Shown here: positions 16,814-42,411 of the stretch, one piece after another
Numbering within the stretch: the stretch's first letter is position 1
Layout: each line of letters opens with the position of its first letter
From: Chrysomallon squamiferum
Lineage: Eukaryota > Animalia > Mollusca
Assembly (NCBI GenBank): GCA_012295275.1
Contig: CM022667.1
Location: forward strand, 14,198,001 to 14,262,000
DNA length: 64,000 nucleotides
Direction of reading: 5' to 3'
The notes under the pieces: generated by a model
Seen by the model: the letters and a program-made list of their open reading frames with translations, nothing else
What the model was told of the DNA's origin: nothing
Database searches by the model: none
Made by a program: the position numbers and the translations under genes

Positions 16814-17866
16814 GAAGTTGTATTTAAAAGATTTTCATGAACCGCAGATTGAATAAGTTAATCACGTTTGCTCAGAATTTTCCATGATAACCCTCATTCA
16901 CACACGCAAACGAACACACAGAGAAAAAACATCATAGCACTGATAAAGCAAAAACGAGCCCTGAGGAAAAGACAAAATAGATACTAACAGTACTATTGAC
17001 CAAAACATCAGACAAGTTCATGCCTTTTAAATTTTGGGTGGTCATTACAATTTCAAAGATCTCGCTCATTCATTGCAAACACTTGTTAAATGAAACTCAA
17101 TGACTGACGAGTGGGATGACGTCGTGTGTCAACGTCCTTCACAACGATCACGTGACAGAACATCAAACTGAAGCCTGCCGATCCTTGAAAAAATATTGGC
17201 TTGACCAGATTTTCTAGAAGATTTAGTAATTTCCTAATCTGATCACTGAGGACATACGTGACCAAAAACATTCAACTGTTTTCTTGATATTACACCGGTC
17301 GGTATAACTGGCGACTAGATGTCGTAGGTTCAAATGTTGTCAGCGGTATCTATAGTTAGTGATGACACACACACACACACACACATATATCTATACAATC
17401 TAAGTTGTTTAATATACCTACATACATACATACTTATGTAAACGTATAACAAATGAATATATCTCCCTACCTCTCTACGTCTGTGAAATCAGTAGCATAT
17501 TACTTTTCATCCTGGACTTTCTGTTCATTTTTTTTTATTGTTGATTAATTTTTCACCAATTTTCAAACTGTTAGACGATTGAAAATAACTTTTTTTCTAA
17601 GAGCGAATCTTTTTCTTTCTTTCTTCTGCTTGGCTACTATCACAAATGGTGCAGGGCTTAACAGCAGACTGAAGAAAAACAAACAGCAGGTTGGCACCGT
17701 TTCGCACTTCTGTCGGGCTGATTAATGTAAGATCTTCACCGTAGTCGAAAATGAACCACTCAGACTGAAGTGTATGTGCGCGTGTGTGTTTATATGCGCA
17801 TATGTTCCTATGTGTGTCTGTATGTATGTGTATATGGTCCATGTGTACACTGAGGTATGGAGAGAA

Positions 17867-17963
<97 letters not shown>

Positions 17964-18300
17964 AAAAAACAGATGAATATCAATCGATTCATGTATGTAT
18001 CAGTCCATCCACGCACCTATATCTGTTTCTGATTCCTGCAGGCTACGTATCACGCATCTGTCAGTTTAACTAATGTTCGATCTTCACTGTAGTCGAAAAT
18101 GAACCATTCAGACTGATGTGTATGCGTGTATGTGTGTGTGTATTATGCGCGTATGTTGCAGTATATGTATGTTTGTATATCTTGTATGTGATCATCTATA
18201 TAGAGAGAGGAGAGTGAGAATTTTTAACGTAGATAAATATTAATAGATTCATATCTATCTATCTATATATATACGTTCATTCGTGCATGTCATCCTACCA

Positions 18301-18417
<117 letters not shown>

Positions 18418-18968
18418 TTCTTGGTCCCATCATTTTCCTCACAGTCAAACGATGACATTGGACACCTCTATTAGAAAGTCACATTAAAACCGACATCCGA
18501 TATTTTAGAAGATTTCTTTTAAATAAACTCTCACACGAACACATCAACTATTCAGCTACTGTTAACAATACAAGTAATTGAAACTAAACTGCCGCAGGTT
18601 TTACAGTGAAATATGGGAATCACGAAGGGATTTCTCCAGTTTACTCTATAATGTAAAATAAACAGGAAATGTCAACACGTTAACATACCACAGCACAGAC
18701 TTTATGAAACAGGGAAGACGTTACCAAGACGTATGTTTTCGGTATGTTAGTTACGATATGCAGTTTGAGTTCCTTTCGCAAGTGATATATAACTTTATAT
18801 TAGTTTTGTCTTTCCGTAGAAGGAAGTCGAGTTTGAAAGGATATGTAAAAGATCGCTGTACAATAGATTTTTTGTTTTTTTAAATAGTTCGTTTCTAATA
18901 TTTTGATATACTGTTACATCTGCCTAATCTTCAATAATAAATAAATAAATAAATAAATATATATATAA

Positions 18969-19042
<74 letters not shown>

Positions 19043-19591
19043 TAATAAATAATAAAGAAGACAGATAATAATAACAACAAAAATTAATAAATACATTTTT
19101 TATTATTATTATTTAACAACAAAAAATAATAATAAATTATTGTTAATACTCTAAAGGTCGATGGAAATACAATGATTAAAGATTCATGAATGAATACTGT
19201 ATCCATGCATTTTAATAAAAGAAATAATTAGCTGTTTTAAATAACGATATCAGCTGAAGAGACCCCGCTGTTAAATATTTATGTACACTTTAACACAGAT
19301 GTGCATATAGCAAGGGAATTAACACAGTATCGAAAACAAACTAATGAAAAACTGATCTGATGACACGCAAAGGTTAAAGTGGGCGCTTTAGCAGTGGTAC
19401 TCAGCCTTCTTGTTAAATGTATTAACGAAGAGTCTTGTAAGCGATTTTTAAATAGAAATACTGAAGAAATTTACCTGTTAATGATATTTGTCTGCACAAG
19501 TTTTGTTAAAATACTTTTGTCTTTCTAATTGTTTCTTATTTTCATGTTCTACCAGAATCAGGATTTTAATATATCAGTATATCTATATCTT

Positions 19592-19641
<50 letters not shown>

Positions 19642-20094
19642 CACATATATATCGTTTTTATTAATGATCAAACTATAATTAAATTAGTTAGTTGATGTGA
19701 ACTCTGACAACTAATTAATGCTGGATAAACCAAGGGAGTTAATCAGCGTCCATTTATAGATTTGGGAATTATCTCCCCTATTAAAGGTATACTAATAAAA
19801 TTGGTTTACACAAAGGACAGTAACTTACATTTAGATTATATACGATGCTGGCACATAATGGATGACAGACTGAAAAACCAGAGCCCAGATTAAGTTGTTT
19901 TGTTGTTGTTGTTCATATAGTATGTATGTGAATTCAAGTGTTAAATTAAGACGATTAATGCGGTTACTTCAGACAGGCTGCAAAATATATTTCAAAATAG
20001 CATGAGAATCGGTTCAAGTTCGAATAGAATTATATAATTATTTATATGATATCAATCTCCTATTTTCTTAATTATTATTGTTATTATTATTATT

Positions 20095-20127
<33 letters not shown>

Positions 20128-20894
20128 ATTACTATTATTTTCTTATACTATACAAGAGATCAGACTCTGCCATTTCCCACTGCCGCCCTTCATCGATTTA
20201 TACCTGGGAGTACTGTATATCCACGTTTCAAAATGAAACGACTCCACAATAGAATATCCGTATAATTATTACACTCAATACATGCACGTTTAGTATTTAC
20301 ACTTGTGTTTTACGTGACAGACAGGGTACGACGGCAGAAAGCCCCAAACTGAACAAAAAAATACCAACATTTATTCCTATATTAGACTGCTCTGGGTCAA
20401 GTCAGGTAATGCTGTACCGTACGTGAACACCTCAGATGACAAGTAGGTGGAAAACAGTTCTTCGGTTCCACATTCATACGACTAACTGCCAGTACATATA
20501 TATCAGATTTACTGCTCGCGAGAAAAATGTTCGACACCTAGATAAATACAACAAGAATTAGTTATATAGGGAAAATGAACAGATACAAAGAAGACGTATT
20601 TGCACTTGAATCTCAACTAACAACAGTTAGGATAAAACAACGGCATTATGCCTGTAATTAGTTGAATTAAAGAGAAAACTTTAGTTAAAAAAAATATTCT
20701 GTTTAAAACAAAACAATATCGTACCTGTTAACATTAAGCTAATTTTATTTTTTTCCAATTCTAACTGAGAGTAGGAAGAAGAAAAAAAAAACAAAGAAAA
20801 AAAGAATTACGCTTACGTTGCTCGCGGGGACTAATTTTGTGTTTAATTGAAGTCGTTATTGCGTTAAAGCATTTAAATAGAAAAATATAAAGTT

Positions 20895-26374
<5,480 letters not shown>

Positions 26375-27240
26375 GTTTGTCGGAGGTCCAGACTAAACAG
26401 CACTGAATGTTTTTAACGATATATATATATATTATCGTTTAGCATTCATTAGAATATTTGTTCTCTATTAACATCCGTTAAAATGATTATTGTAAATTAA
26501 TATTAAAATATTTGTTATCATGCATTAGCATTCATTGTAACATTTACAAGTAAATGAGTCAGAACGTAGGACGTGGCCTACATCTGTGTAACAAGACTGA
26601 CCTAGAGAGATCAATTAAATAAAAATCATTTAACATAGCAATAGCTCAATTTCCGAGAAAAAGACGGAATGCACTGAGAGGGATGTAAAGTTTGAGGACG
26701 AGAGTAAGTTCATGACGAAAAAAAAAAAAATCGAAAGCCGTGTGCTCTCTTGAATTGTCCAGAAATGACTCGTATAAAATCAGAGGTCATGTACTTTACA
26801 GGCGTGCTTAAACAGCTTTCTAATGGAAGCGAGCCAGAAATTATCTGTCCACAGATAAACGCGTGGCGGTTCCTTCCCTTCATTAAACTGTATTTTAAAA
26901 ATTCAGTGGCTTTAAGTGTCGAACAAACAGGCAAAATGGTTAATAGCTCTTGATGAACGCAGATGTTTGAAGATAATTATAATTTCCGAATAACACCGCA
27001 TTAATTAGAAACCTTTACTCATTGTGTTAGAATGTGTAATCTAAGTTATTTGAATTAAACAAATTAGGGAATCTGCAAGACCAATAAACAAAGTAGATTT
27101 ATAAGTCGCTATTTTACAGAATTAGCGCCAAGTCGAAATAAATTAGGTGTCAAATGTTGCTAAATTAAATTAAAATGAAGCAGGTGGCAGGTAAGCAGTA
27201 TAAAGGCAGATTAAAAATGAGAGAGTCAGAGAGGGAGGGG

Positions 27241-27331
<91 letters not shown>

Positions 27332-28213
27332 AAAACAGATGAATATCAATCGATTCATGTATGTATCAGTCCATCCACGCACCTATATCTGTTTCTGATT
27401 CCTGCAGGCTACGTATCACGCATCTGTCAGTTTAACTAATGTTCGATCTTCACTGTAGTCGAAAATGAACCATTCAGACTGATGTGTATGCGTGTGTGTG
27501 TATGTGTGTGTGTATTATGCGCGTATGTTGCAGTATATGTATGTTTGTATATCTTGTATGTGATCATCTATATAGAGAGAGGAGAGTGAGAATTTTTAAC
27601 GTAGATAAATATTAATAGATTCATATCTATCTATCTATATATATACGTTCATTCGTGCATGTCATCCTACCATATCTCTCTCTCTCTCTCACCTTCTTGC
27701 TCCCATCATTTTCCTCACAGTCAAACGATGACATTGGACACCTCTATTAGAAAGTCACATTAAAACAGACATCCGATATTTTAGAAGATTTCTTTTAAAT
27801 AAACTCTCACACGAACACATCAACTATTCAGCTACTGTTAACAATACAAGTAATTGAAACTAAACTGCCGCAGGTTTTACAGTGAAATATGGGAATCACG
27901 AAGGGATTTCTCCAGTTTACACTATAATGTAAAATAAACAGGAAATGTCAACACGTTAACATACCACAGAATAGACTTTATGAAACAGGGAAGACGTTAT
28001 CAAGACGTAGGTTTTCAGTATGTTAGTTACGATATGCAATTTTAGTCCCTTTCGCAAGTGATATATAACTTTATATTATTCTTGTCTTTCCGTAGAAGGA
28101 AGTCGAGTTTGAAAGGATATGTAAAAGATCGCTGTACAATAGATTTTTTGTTTTTTTAAATAGTTCGTTTCTAATATTTTGATATACTGTTACATCTGCC
28201 TAATCTTCAATAA

Positions 28214-28315
<102 letters not shown>

Positions 28316-30386
28316 GTAATAAAGTAATAAAGAAGACAGATAATAATAATACAAAAATTAATAAATACATTTTTATTATTATTATTATTATAACAACAAA
28401 AAATAATAATAAATTATTGTTAATACTCTAAAGGTCGATGGAAATACAATGATTAAAGATTCATGAATGAATACTGTATCCATGCATTTTAATAAAAGAA
28501 ATAATTAGCTGTTTTAAATAACGGTATCAGGTGAAGAGACCCCGCTGTTAAATATTTATGTACACTTTAACACAGATGTGCATATAGCAAGGGAATTAAC
28601 ACAGTATCGAAAACAAACTAATGAAAAACTGATCTGATGACACGCAAAGGTTAAAGTGGGCGCTTTAGCAGTGGTACTCAGCCTTCTTGTTAAATGTATT
28701 AACGAAGAGTCTTGTAAGCAATTTTTAAATAGAAATACTGAAGAAATTTACCTGTTAATGATATTTGTCTGCACAAGTTTTGTTAAAATACTTTTGTCTT
28801 TCTAATTGTTTCTTACTTTTATGTTCTACCGGAATCTGGATTTATATATATATATATATATATGTAAATGTATATGTATATGTATATATATATTTGGTTC
28901 TTATTAATGAGCAAACTATAATTAAATTAGCAAGTTGATGTGAACTTTGATAACTAATTAATGCTGGATAAACCAAGAAATTTACCTGTTAGTAGTATTT
29001 GTCTGCACAAATTTTGTTAAAATGCTTTTGTCTTTCTAATTGTCTCTTACTTTTATGTTCTATCAGAATCTGAATTTTAATATACCAGTATATCTATATC
29101 TAGCTATCCTTCTGTCCGTATATATATATATATATATATATATCATTGTTATTAATTATCAAACTATAACTAAATTAGTTAGTTGATGTGAACTCTGACA
29201 ACTAATTAATGCTGGATAAACCAAGGGAGTTAATCAGCGTCCATTTATAGATTTGGGAATTATCTCCCCTATTAAAGGTATACTAACAAAATTGGTTTAC
29301 ACAAAGGACAGTAACTTACATTTAGATTATATACGATGCTGGCACATAATGGATAACAGACTGAAAAACCAGAGCCCAGATTAAGTTGTTTTGTTGTTGT
29401 TGTTCATATAGTATGTATGTGAATTCAAGTGTTAAATTAAGACGATTAATGCGGTTACTTCAGACAGGCTGCAAAATATATTTCAAAATAGCATGAGAAT
29501 CGGTTCAGGTTCGAATAGAATTATATAATTATTTATATGATATCAATCTCCTATTTTCTTAATTATTATTGTTATTATTATTATTATTATTATTGTCGTT
29601 GCTGTTGTTGTTATTATTATTATATTATTTTCTTATACTATACAAGAGATCAGACTCTGCCATTTCCCACTGCCGCCCTTCATCGATTTATACCTGGGAG
29701 TATTGTATATCCACGTTTCAAAATGAAACGACTCCACAATAGAATATCCGTATAATTATTACCACTCAATACATTCACGTTTAGTATTTACAGTTGTGTT
29801 TTACGTGACAGACAGGGTACGACGGCAGAAAGCCCCAAACTGAACAAAAAAATACCAACATTTATTCCTATATTAGACTGCTCTGGGTCAAGTCAGGTAA
29901 TGCTGTACCGTACGTGAACACCTCAGATGACAAGTAGGTGGAAAACAGTTCTTCGGTTCCACATTCATACGACTAACCAACAGTACATATATATCAGATT
30001 CACTGCTCGAGATAAAAATGTTCGACGCCTAGATAAATACAACAAGAATTAGTTATATAGGAAAAATGAACAGATACAAAGAAGACATATTTGCACTTGA
30101 ATCGCAACTAACAACAGTTAGGATAAAACAACGGCATTATGCCTGTAATTAGTTGAATTAAAGAGAAAACTTTAGTTAAAAAAAAAATATTCTGTTTAAA
30201 ACAAAACAATATCGTACCTGTTAACATTAAGCTAATTTTATTTTTTTCCAATTCTAACTGAGAGCAGGAAGAAGAGAAAAAAAACAAAGAAAAAAAGAAT
30301 TACGCTTACGTTGCTCGCGGGGACTAATTTTGTGTTTAATTGAAGTCGTTATTGCGTTAAAGCATTTAAATAGAAAAAATAAAGTT

Positions 30387-35958
<5,572 letters not shown>

Positions 35959-36821
35959 GTTTGTCGGAGGTCCAGGCTAAACAGCACTGAATGGTTTTAA
36001 CGATATATATATATATTATCGTTTAGCATTCATTAGAATATTTGTTCTCTATTAACATCCGTTAAAATGATTATTGTAAATTAATATTAAAATATTTGTT
36101 ATCATGCATTAGCATTCATTGTAACATTTACAAGTAAATGAGTCAGAACGTAGGACGTGGCCTACATCTGTGTAACAAGACTGACCTAGAGAGATCAATT
36201 AAATAAAAATCATTTAACATAGCAATAGCTCAATTTCCGAGAAAAAGACGGAATGCACTGAGAGGGATGTAAAGTTTGAGGACGAGAGTAAGTTCATTAC
36301 GAAAAAAAAAAAAATCGAAAGCCGTGTGCTCTCTTGAATTGTCCAGAAATGACTCGTAAAAATCAGAGGTCATGTACTTTACAGGCGTGCTTGAACAGCT
36401 TTCTAATGGAAGCGTGCCAGAAATTATCTGTCCACAGATAAACGCGTGGCGGTTCCTTCCCTTCATTAAACTGTATTTTAAAAATTCAGTGGCTTTAAGT
36501 GTCGAACAAACAGGCAAAATGGTTAATAGCTCTTGATGAACGCAGATGTTTGAAGATAATTATAATTTCCGAATAACACCGCATTAATTAGAAACCTTTA
36601 CTCATTGTGTTAGAATGTGTAATCTAAGTTATTTGAATTAAACAAATTAGGGAATCTGCAAGACCAATAAACAAAGTAGATTTATAAGTCGCTATTTTAC
36701 AGAATTAGCGCCAAGTCGAAATAAATTAGGTGTCAAATGTTGCTAAATTAAATTAAAATGAAGCAGGTGGCAGGTAAGCAGTATAAAGACAGATTAAAAA
36801 TGAGAGAGTCAGAGAGAGGGG

Positions 36822-36918
<97 letters not shown>

Positions 36919-37572
36919 AATTAAGTGTCATTGCATGTTCATTGTTTTCATAGCTAGATTTACCATCATCATCATCATCATCGTTATTATTACAGTGGTA
37001 TCTGCTTTGTACGGATACCAGTGTGGCCGAGTAAACGTGTGAGTATATTGCATGTGTTCTTTCATCAGAGGGACAAAATTTGAATACATTTGTAATATTT
37101 ATTCACATCCATCACATCAGTGCTCATAACAAACGTAAGTCGTCCTAAAATACAGCAAATATATCGAGTTCATTTTTTGTATGTATTTTTGCACGTCATA
37201 AAACTCATAAAAAACATAAGGTATATTTATGTTAAAAAAAAAAATGTTACTTTTGAAACCAAACTGCAACTCCGAATTTTGAGTTGTTGCTAGTCGCACC
37301 ATCTTTTGGGGTTTAAAAGTCAGCTAAAACGCGGTGTTTATAAAGCTTAACTATGTCTTGAATGATAGTGAATTACTGAATTGTAAAAATTATTATTCAA
37401 ATGGGTTGAACTCGCACAATGTGGCGTACAAGCGTTTGGCGATTTTACATACACTACAGCCGATCCAGGATTCAGAACGTGAGTGTCATATGTGTTTCTG
37501 TATGTGTCAAAATGTGAGAATGCTTATCTTGGTATTATATTTATTTGTAGTGTGTCTAGTAGTGTCTTGTGT

Positions 37573-37688
<116 letters not shown>

Positions 37689-38662
37689 CGCGTGTATATG
37701 AGCCTGTGTTGTTGTTGTTGTGTGGGTGTCAGTACGTAATATTTAGCTTTCCTCTGTTTATTTTTACACAACTGCTGCCATTGCCCTTTTTGTTGATATG
37801 TGATTGTAATCAAATTATGGAGCCAGCTTGTGCTTACTGAAACTAATAAATTCAGTACAACAAAAGGACACGATAGCATCTCGCCTTGATCTATTATTGA
37901 ATTTTATTGCCTGAATCCTGCTGCGAAAAACACGCGAACATCATCATAATTTTATTTTAGTTTTGTCTAATTCAAATCCTTCGCGGAAAACCTATAACAA
38001 TAACTTTTAACCTTTCATGCAAGGAATAAATGTTCTTAAAATTATTTATTTAAACCCTTAAGGTCCGACGAAAACTTGTATGAACATAGCTTCCACATAT
38101 CAAATGAACGTCGCAAGAATGCTTTACTTAAATCTAACTGATTGTGTTGTCACTTCCAGTCTTTGCTAAAAATCAGATTTCTCAGCACCGATCAGAAATA
38201 TAACATTTAAATAAATGAACTGCTTTCATTTCTTGATTTAAAACGATATTTCACAGTAGTCGAAATGTGTAACACTGAATGTCTTTTATGCAGTCTATAT
38301 CGGCCATAATAATAATAATCTAATTTTACTTACCATTTGTCCAGTTCCTATCTCACACTTGTTTATCACGCAAAAAAAAAGGTATATTCTTTAGGCTCAT
38401 GAGAAGGTACACATACAATATACTCTACAGCTAATCGAACCAAAGTAGCAGCAACTGATTGCAACTATAAACCTGAGCCATTTGTATGACACAGTGTAAT
38501 CGTAAATTAAAAATATTAATTAAAACATTAAATGCTTCATCTATGTTTTACATAAAATAGATAACATTATACGTGTGTGTTTATAAACGTATCTAATGAG
38601 ATAAAATGAATGATTACTGATTTTGTTTTTCAGTGACATTCTGGACAAAATTTAATCTGCCA

Positions 38663-38878
38663 TTACACGACGAAATGTACGTTCGACAATATGGAAGACT
38701 GCGCATGAACGTAGATTTTGTTTTCGTAAATCCCACCTTCCTTAAAAAAAAAAAGTATGTGAAGTTCTGAAAGCTTTTCTACGATCTGAGTTAGAAGTGA
38801 GTGTATGGAGGATCTGTGTGCACCGAAACAGCAAACTGTACAAGACAAAAACAAAACGTAAGTAAGTAGTTTGGAAAT
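38663..38878 (-). pseudogene. Relic of an A-type exon 1 (signal peptide plus ~50 codons), start codon mutated ATG>ATT, early stop, no downstream exons
   Basis: The translation (I)SKLLTYVLFLSCTVCCFGAHRSSIHSLLTQIVEKLSELH...GGIYENKIYVHA matches the A1/A2 N-terminus. ATT is at 38878-38876 and TAA at 38665-38663. Confidence 0.85.
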
Positions 38879-39155
38879 GTTTCAAAGTAAGAATACAATA
38901 ATAAGAAGAAGAAGAAGAAGTAAAAAAATAAAGTTTTAATCCACATATATAATAAAGTTAAATGTATTATTATTAAAAAATAAAAAACATTAATAATGAG
39001 AGTGATGTGTTATGTAAGAAGACTGACGATACTTTAATACGCACGTGAAGCAAACAAGTCATACTGTTAGACTTAATATAACGCAAGTGGAAAAATTATC
39101 TGATTATTCATTATGCGTTTAATAGCTGTATGTTTTCATGAATAAAAACAGCCAA

Positions 39156-39198
<43 letters not shown>

Positions 39199-39594
39199 TA
39201 AATATTACAAAACTTAGAAAGAGCTAAATATTCACCAGTATTCATTATTTCTGATGAAACAAATCATTATCCGTGTTTAGGTGTTATTTTTTACATCCCG
39301 AACATTCAGCTGGATGTTGCATAAGATCAATTTCAAGCAATGAAATTTCTGACACGAAAAGACATTCTGAATATACTGTTTCTTTTGATTTTTACTGTAG
39401 GATAAAGTATATTTAATTACCATACTGCTGTCACCGTAAATAATGTCGTCATGCTTTACTGAACTGCTGGATCTGTCCATTTATTTGTATTCAAATCTCA
39501 TTGATCGTTGATAGGCCATTAGTAAATAATGCTAAAGGTATATAAACGAAATGAACTGCTTAATTTTCTCATTGTTCTTTATGTTTATAATAAC

Positions 39595-40249
39595 ATGTTG
39601 AAGTTATATGTAAGTATTCAGTTTGTATCTTTCATAGCATGTTGCTGCTGTGTAATCAACTCGTCCTCGCAATCACTTTTGTCCCGTCTCGCTGAAAAGG
39701 TCTCGGAACTTCATATAAACTCTGGTAAGAATGCTGGATTGTACTCAGACAACGTGTACATCCACGTACCGCCTTCCAAGGCGCCTCACGAACACCAAAA
39801 GGGCTGTAGTGATGTCAACATATTTCGGACAGAATGGATTGTCGTATGTCTCCTGGAAGCGTCACTGTACAGTGGGATTCCGTTCGTAACATCGCAAGAA
39901 CTTCTTTCAACATTAACAGCAATCCGTAGAGGTCAAGATAAAAATGTTCCGTACAACACTTCGGCAACTAACTTTTATGAACAGACATACAATGTGGCGG
40001 AAGACTGGTGGATGAATATCCAGCCAACTGACTGTAACTTTGACAACATGGCTTATTTGTCTGCCGAGGAAATTGCTCAGTATCTGCAAGAGAAAGGTTA
40101 TGAAAACGCGGACACATTTGCAAAAGCAATACGGAACGAGTAAGTATTTAGATTTCTTCAAATACATTTAACAAATTAAAACAAATCTCCGCCAATAGGC
40201 TTTATCGTTTAGTGCCAATACTTTCCAGAATACATATATAGAATAGAGT

Positions 40250-40281
<32 letters not shown>

Positions 40282-42313
40282 TTATTTATTTATTTATATT
40301 CACATTTAGATATTGAACCTTGTTTTCCTTTTTTCTGTTTTACGACAGATAGAAGGTTTTTACAATGTATCTACGCAAAACTATTGTGCTGAAATTTCTA
40401 ACCTGTTTCTGCGAATGCATTTTAGACAGGTTTTGATCAGTTCGGTGATGTTTCGTGTTTGTAAACAACTGTCGCTAACTGTCACAGGTAGGGACTCTAC
40501 CAGCTAGTTTACATTGCAGTTGCGCCTTCGTTTGAATAGTTTACATCTCAAGTAATCAAAATCAGCTTAACGATTTTGCCTCTGATTTTGCTTTCTGTGA
40601 AGTTTGTTGAATCGAACAAACTTTGTTTTTCATCGTTAGAAAAAAAAAAGCAAATGCAAAAGCAAAACAAAGAAAGAAAAGAAACCATTTCCGTTCTGAT
40701 CATTTGCTGTCAGAAATCATACAAACAGGTGTATATATATATATACATGCACACATAAATCATTTCATTGTCATTCGCAGCTTGTGGGAAAATGCTGTTA
40801 CAATAAACCCTCCTGATTTTGATGGCACATTCTCAAATCTAGCAATTGGAACTCTTCTGGAAGAAACAAGAAAACTCTTCCCAGAAGGCCGCAGATACTG
40901 GATGGAAGGAAATGCCAATTTTTCTTCTAGCTTAGAGAGTATAAAAAAATTTGCTTATCGACCTTTTGCAGATGACTTCACTAAAGCAATAGCCCCCAAA
41001 TCGTACTACTTCCTGCGCCATTTCATTCATGAAGCTGAAGCTAATGGCGATGACCTCAGTATCGTTTCAACGTGGGTGAGAATAATATGACAATTTGTTG
41101 TTGTTGCTGCAGTAACAGTAGTAGTGGTGACAGCGATACTGATGCTGCTGTAAGCAATGTTTTAACGATATTGCAATCAATACATGTTATAGTAGAAGTG
41201 GTAATTGTATTACTAACAATAAATATTATAGTGGTAATAGTAGTTGTAGTAGTGGTGGTGCTGTTGCCGTGGTAATGGTAGTGCTGGTGGTAATAATAAT
41301 ACTGACTGCAGGTTGCAAAAAAGTATATAAGAATTGGTGGAAGTCGTAGTAGTAATTTGCAAGTGGAACTGATGGCGATGTTAATAGAAGTAATAGTAAT
41401 GGTAGTAATATTACTGTTGCTGTTGTTGCTGTAGCAATAGTACTGGTGGTTGTAGAATAGTGATGGTGATAGTAATAATACAGAGTGATGTTGGTAGTAA
41501 TAATAAAAATAGTAGTAGTACAGTGGTAGTAGTAGTAATAGTAGTGGTGATGGTTTTAAATGTAATGGCAGTGCTGGTAGTACTAACAGTAGTGGTGATG
41601 GTGGTTGTGATTGTGGTGTTGGTGTGCGTTACTCTACTAATAATTAAGTGTATTATCTCAGCCACTAAACGAGTTCCAGGCTCATTGGGATGCGTCACTA
41701 CTTACTAACACCATCGATCTGATGATTTGTCACCGAGTGGTTTGCACAACGACAGAGGCCATATTGACAAAGATTCTTCCTGCAAAGACATTGGACGACC
41801 CAGAGCTACAGGTTTGAAAACAAATACATCGCTAATGCTTTCATTTCAGTCAAATAAAAATACAAAAAGATAAATTAAATAAATTTAAAGAAAAAAGCAA
41901 GAAATAAATTAATTATTATGAAGGTGGGAACTAGTTAAAGAACATGAGAGATGATACTTTTTTCGATAATGTTTATATATATATATGTATATATAATTAT
42001 TGCAGGGAATAAATTGCACGGAAAAGTACAGGGAATTTCATATGTATGTAGTATATATTATGACACACATGAATATAAAAATAAAAATTATTTCTTTTCT
42101 CTATATAGAAGATCTACCTGAATACCACATCACTAATAAAGTATATGACTGTAAACAACTTTTGTGAACGCCCAGATCTTGCTCTGAACTACTATGGTTC
42201 TGTTAATTCTTTTTACTGGTTCCTATCTAGAACCTTGTCAGTGATTGAGAGATTCAAACTGCGAGAAAGTCTGCCACATCCTGTAAGTGTTTATACACCT
42301 CATTACATCTTAC

Positions 42314-42411
<98 letters not shown>

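Noticed and set aside
17290-17350. GTAGGTTCAAAT, resembling a tRNA/SINE B box
   Set aside because: No convincing A box or cloverleaf can be folded, so it is too weak to call.
26710-26953. 74-aa and 67-aa ORFs upstream of A1, partly repeated at 36230-36517
   Set aside because: A 2-bp indel between the duplicates (CGTATAAAATC vs CGTAAAAATC region) changes the frame, and there are no recognisable motifs. The recurrence is due to the duplication.
41090-41650. Val/Thr/Ser-rich ORFs in B intron 2 (also ~49650-50210, ~54360-55140, ~63090-63660)
   Set aside because: This is degenerate GTA/GTG trinucleotide sequence between canonical splice sites, and the frames differ between copies.
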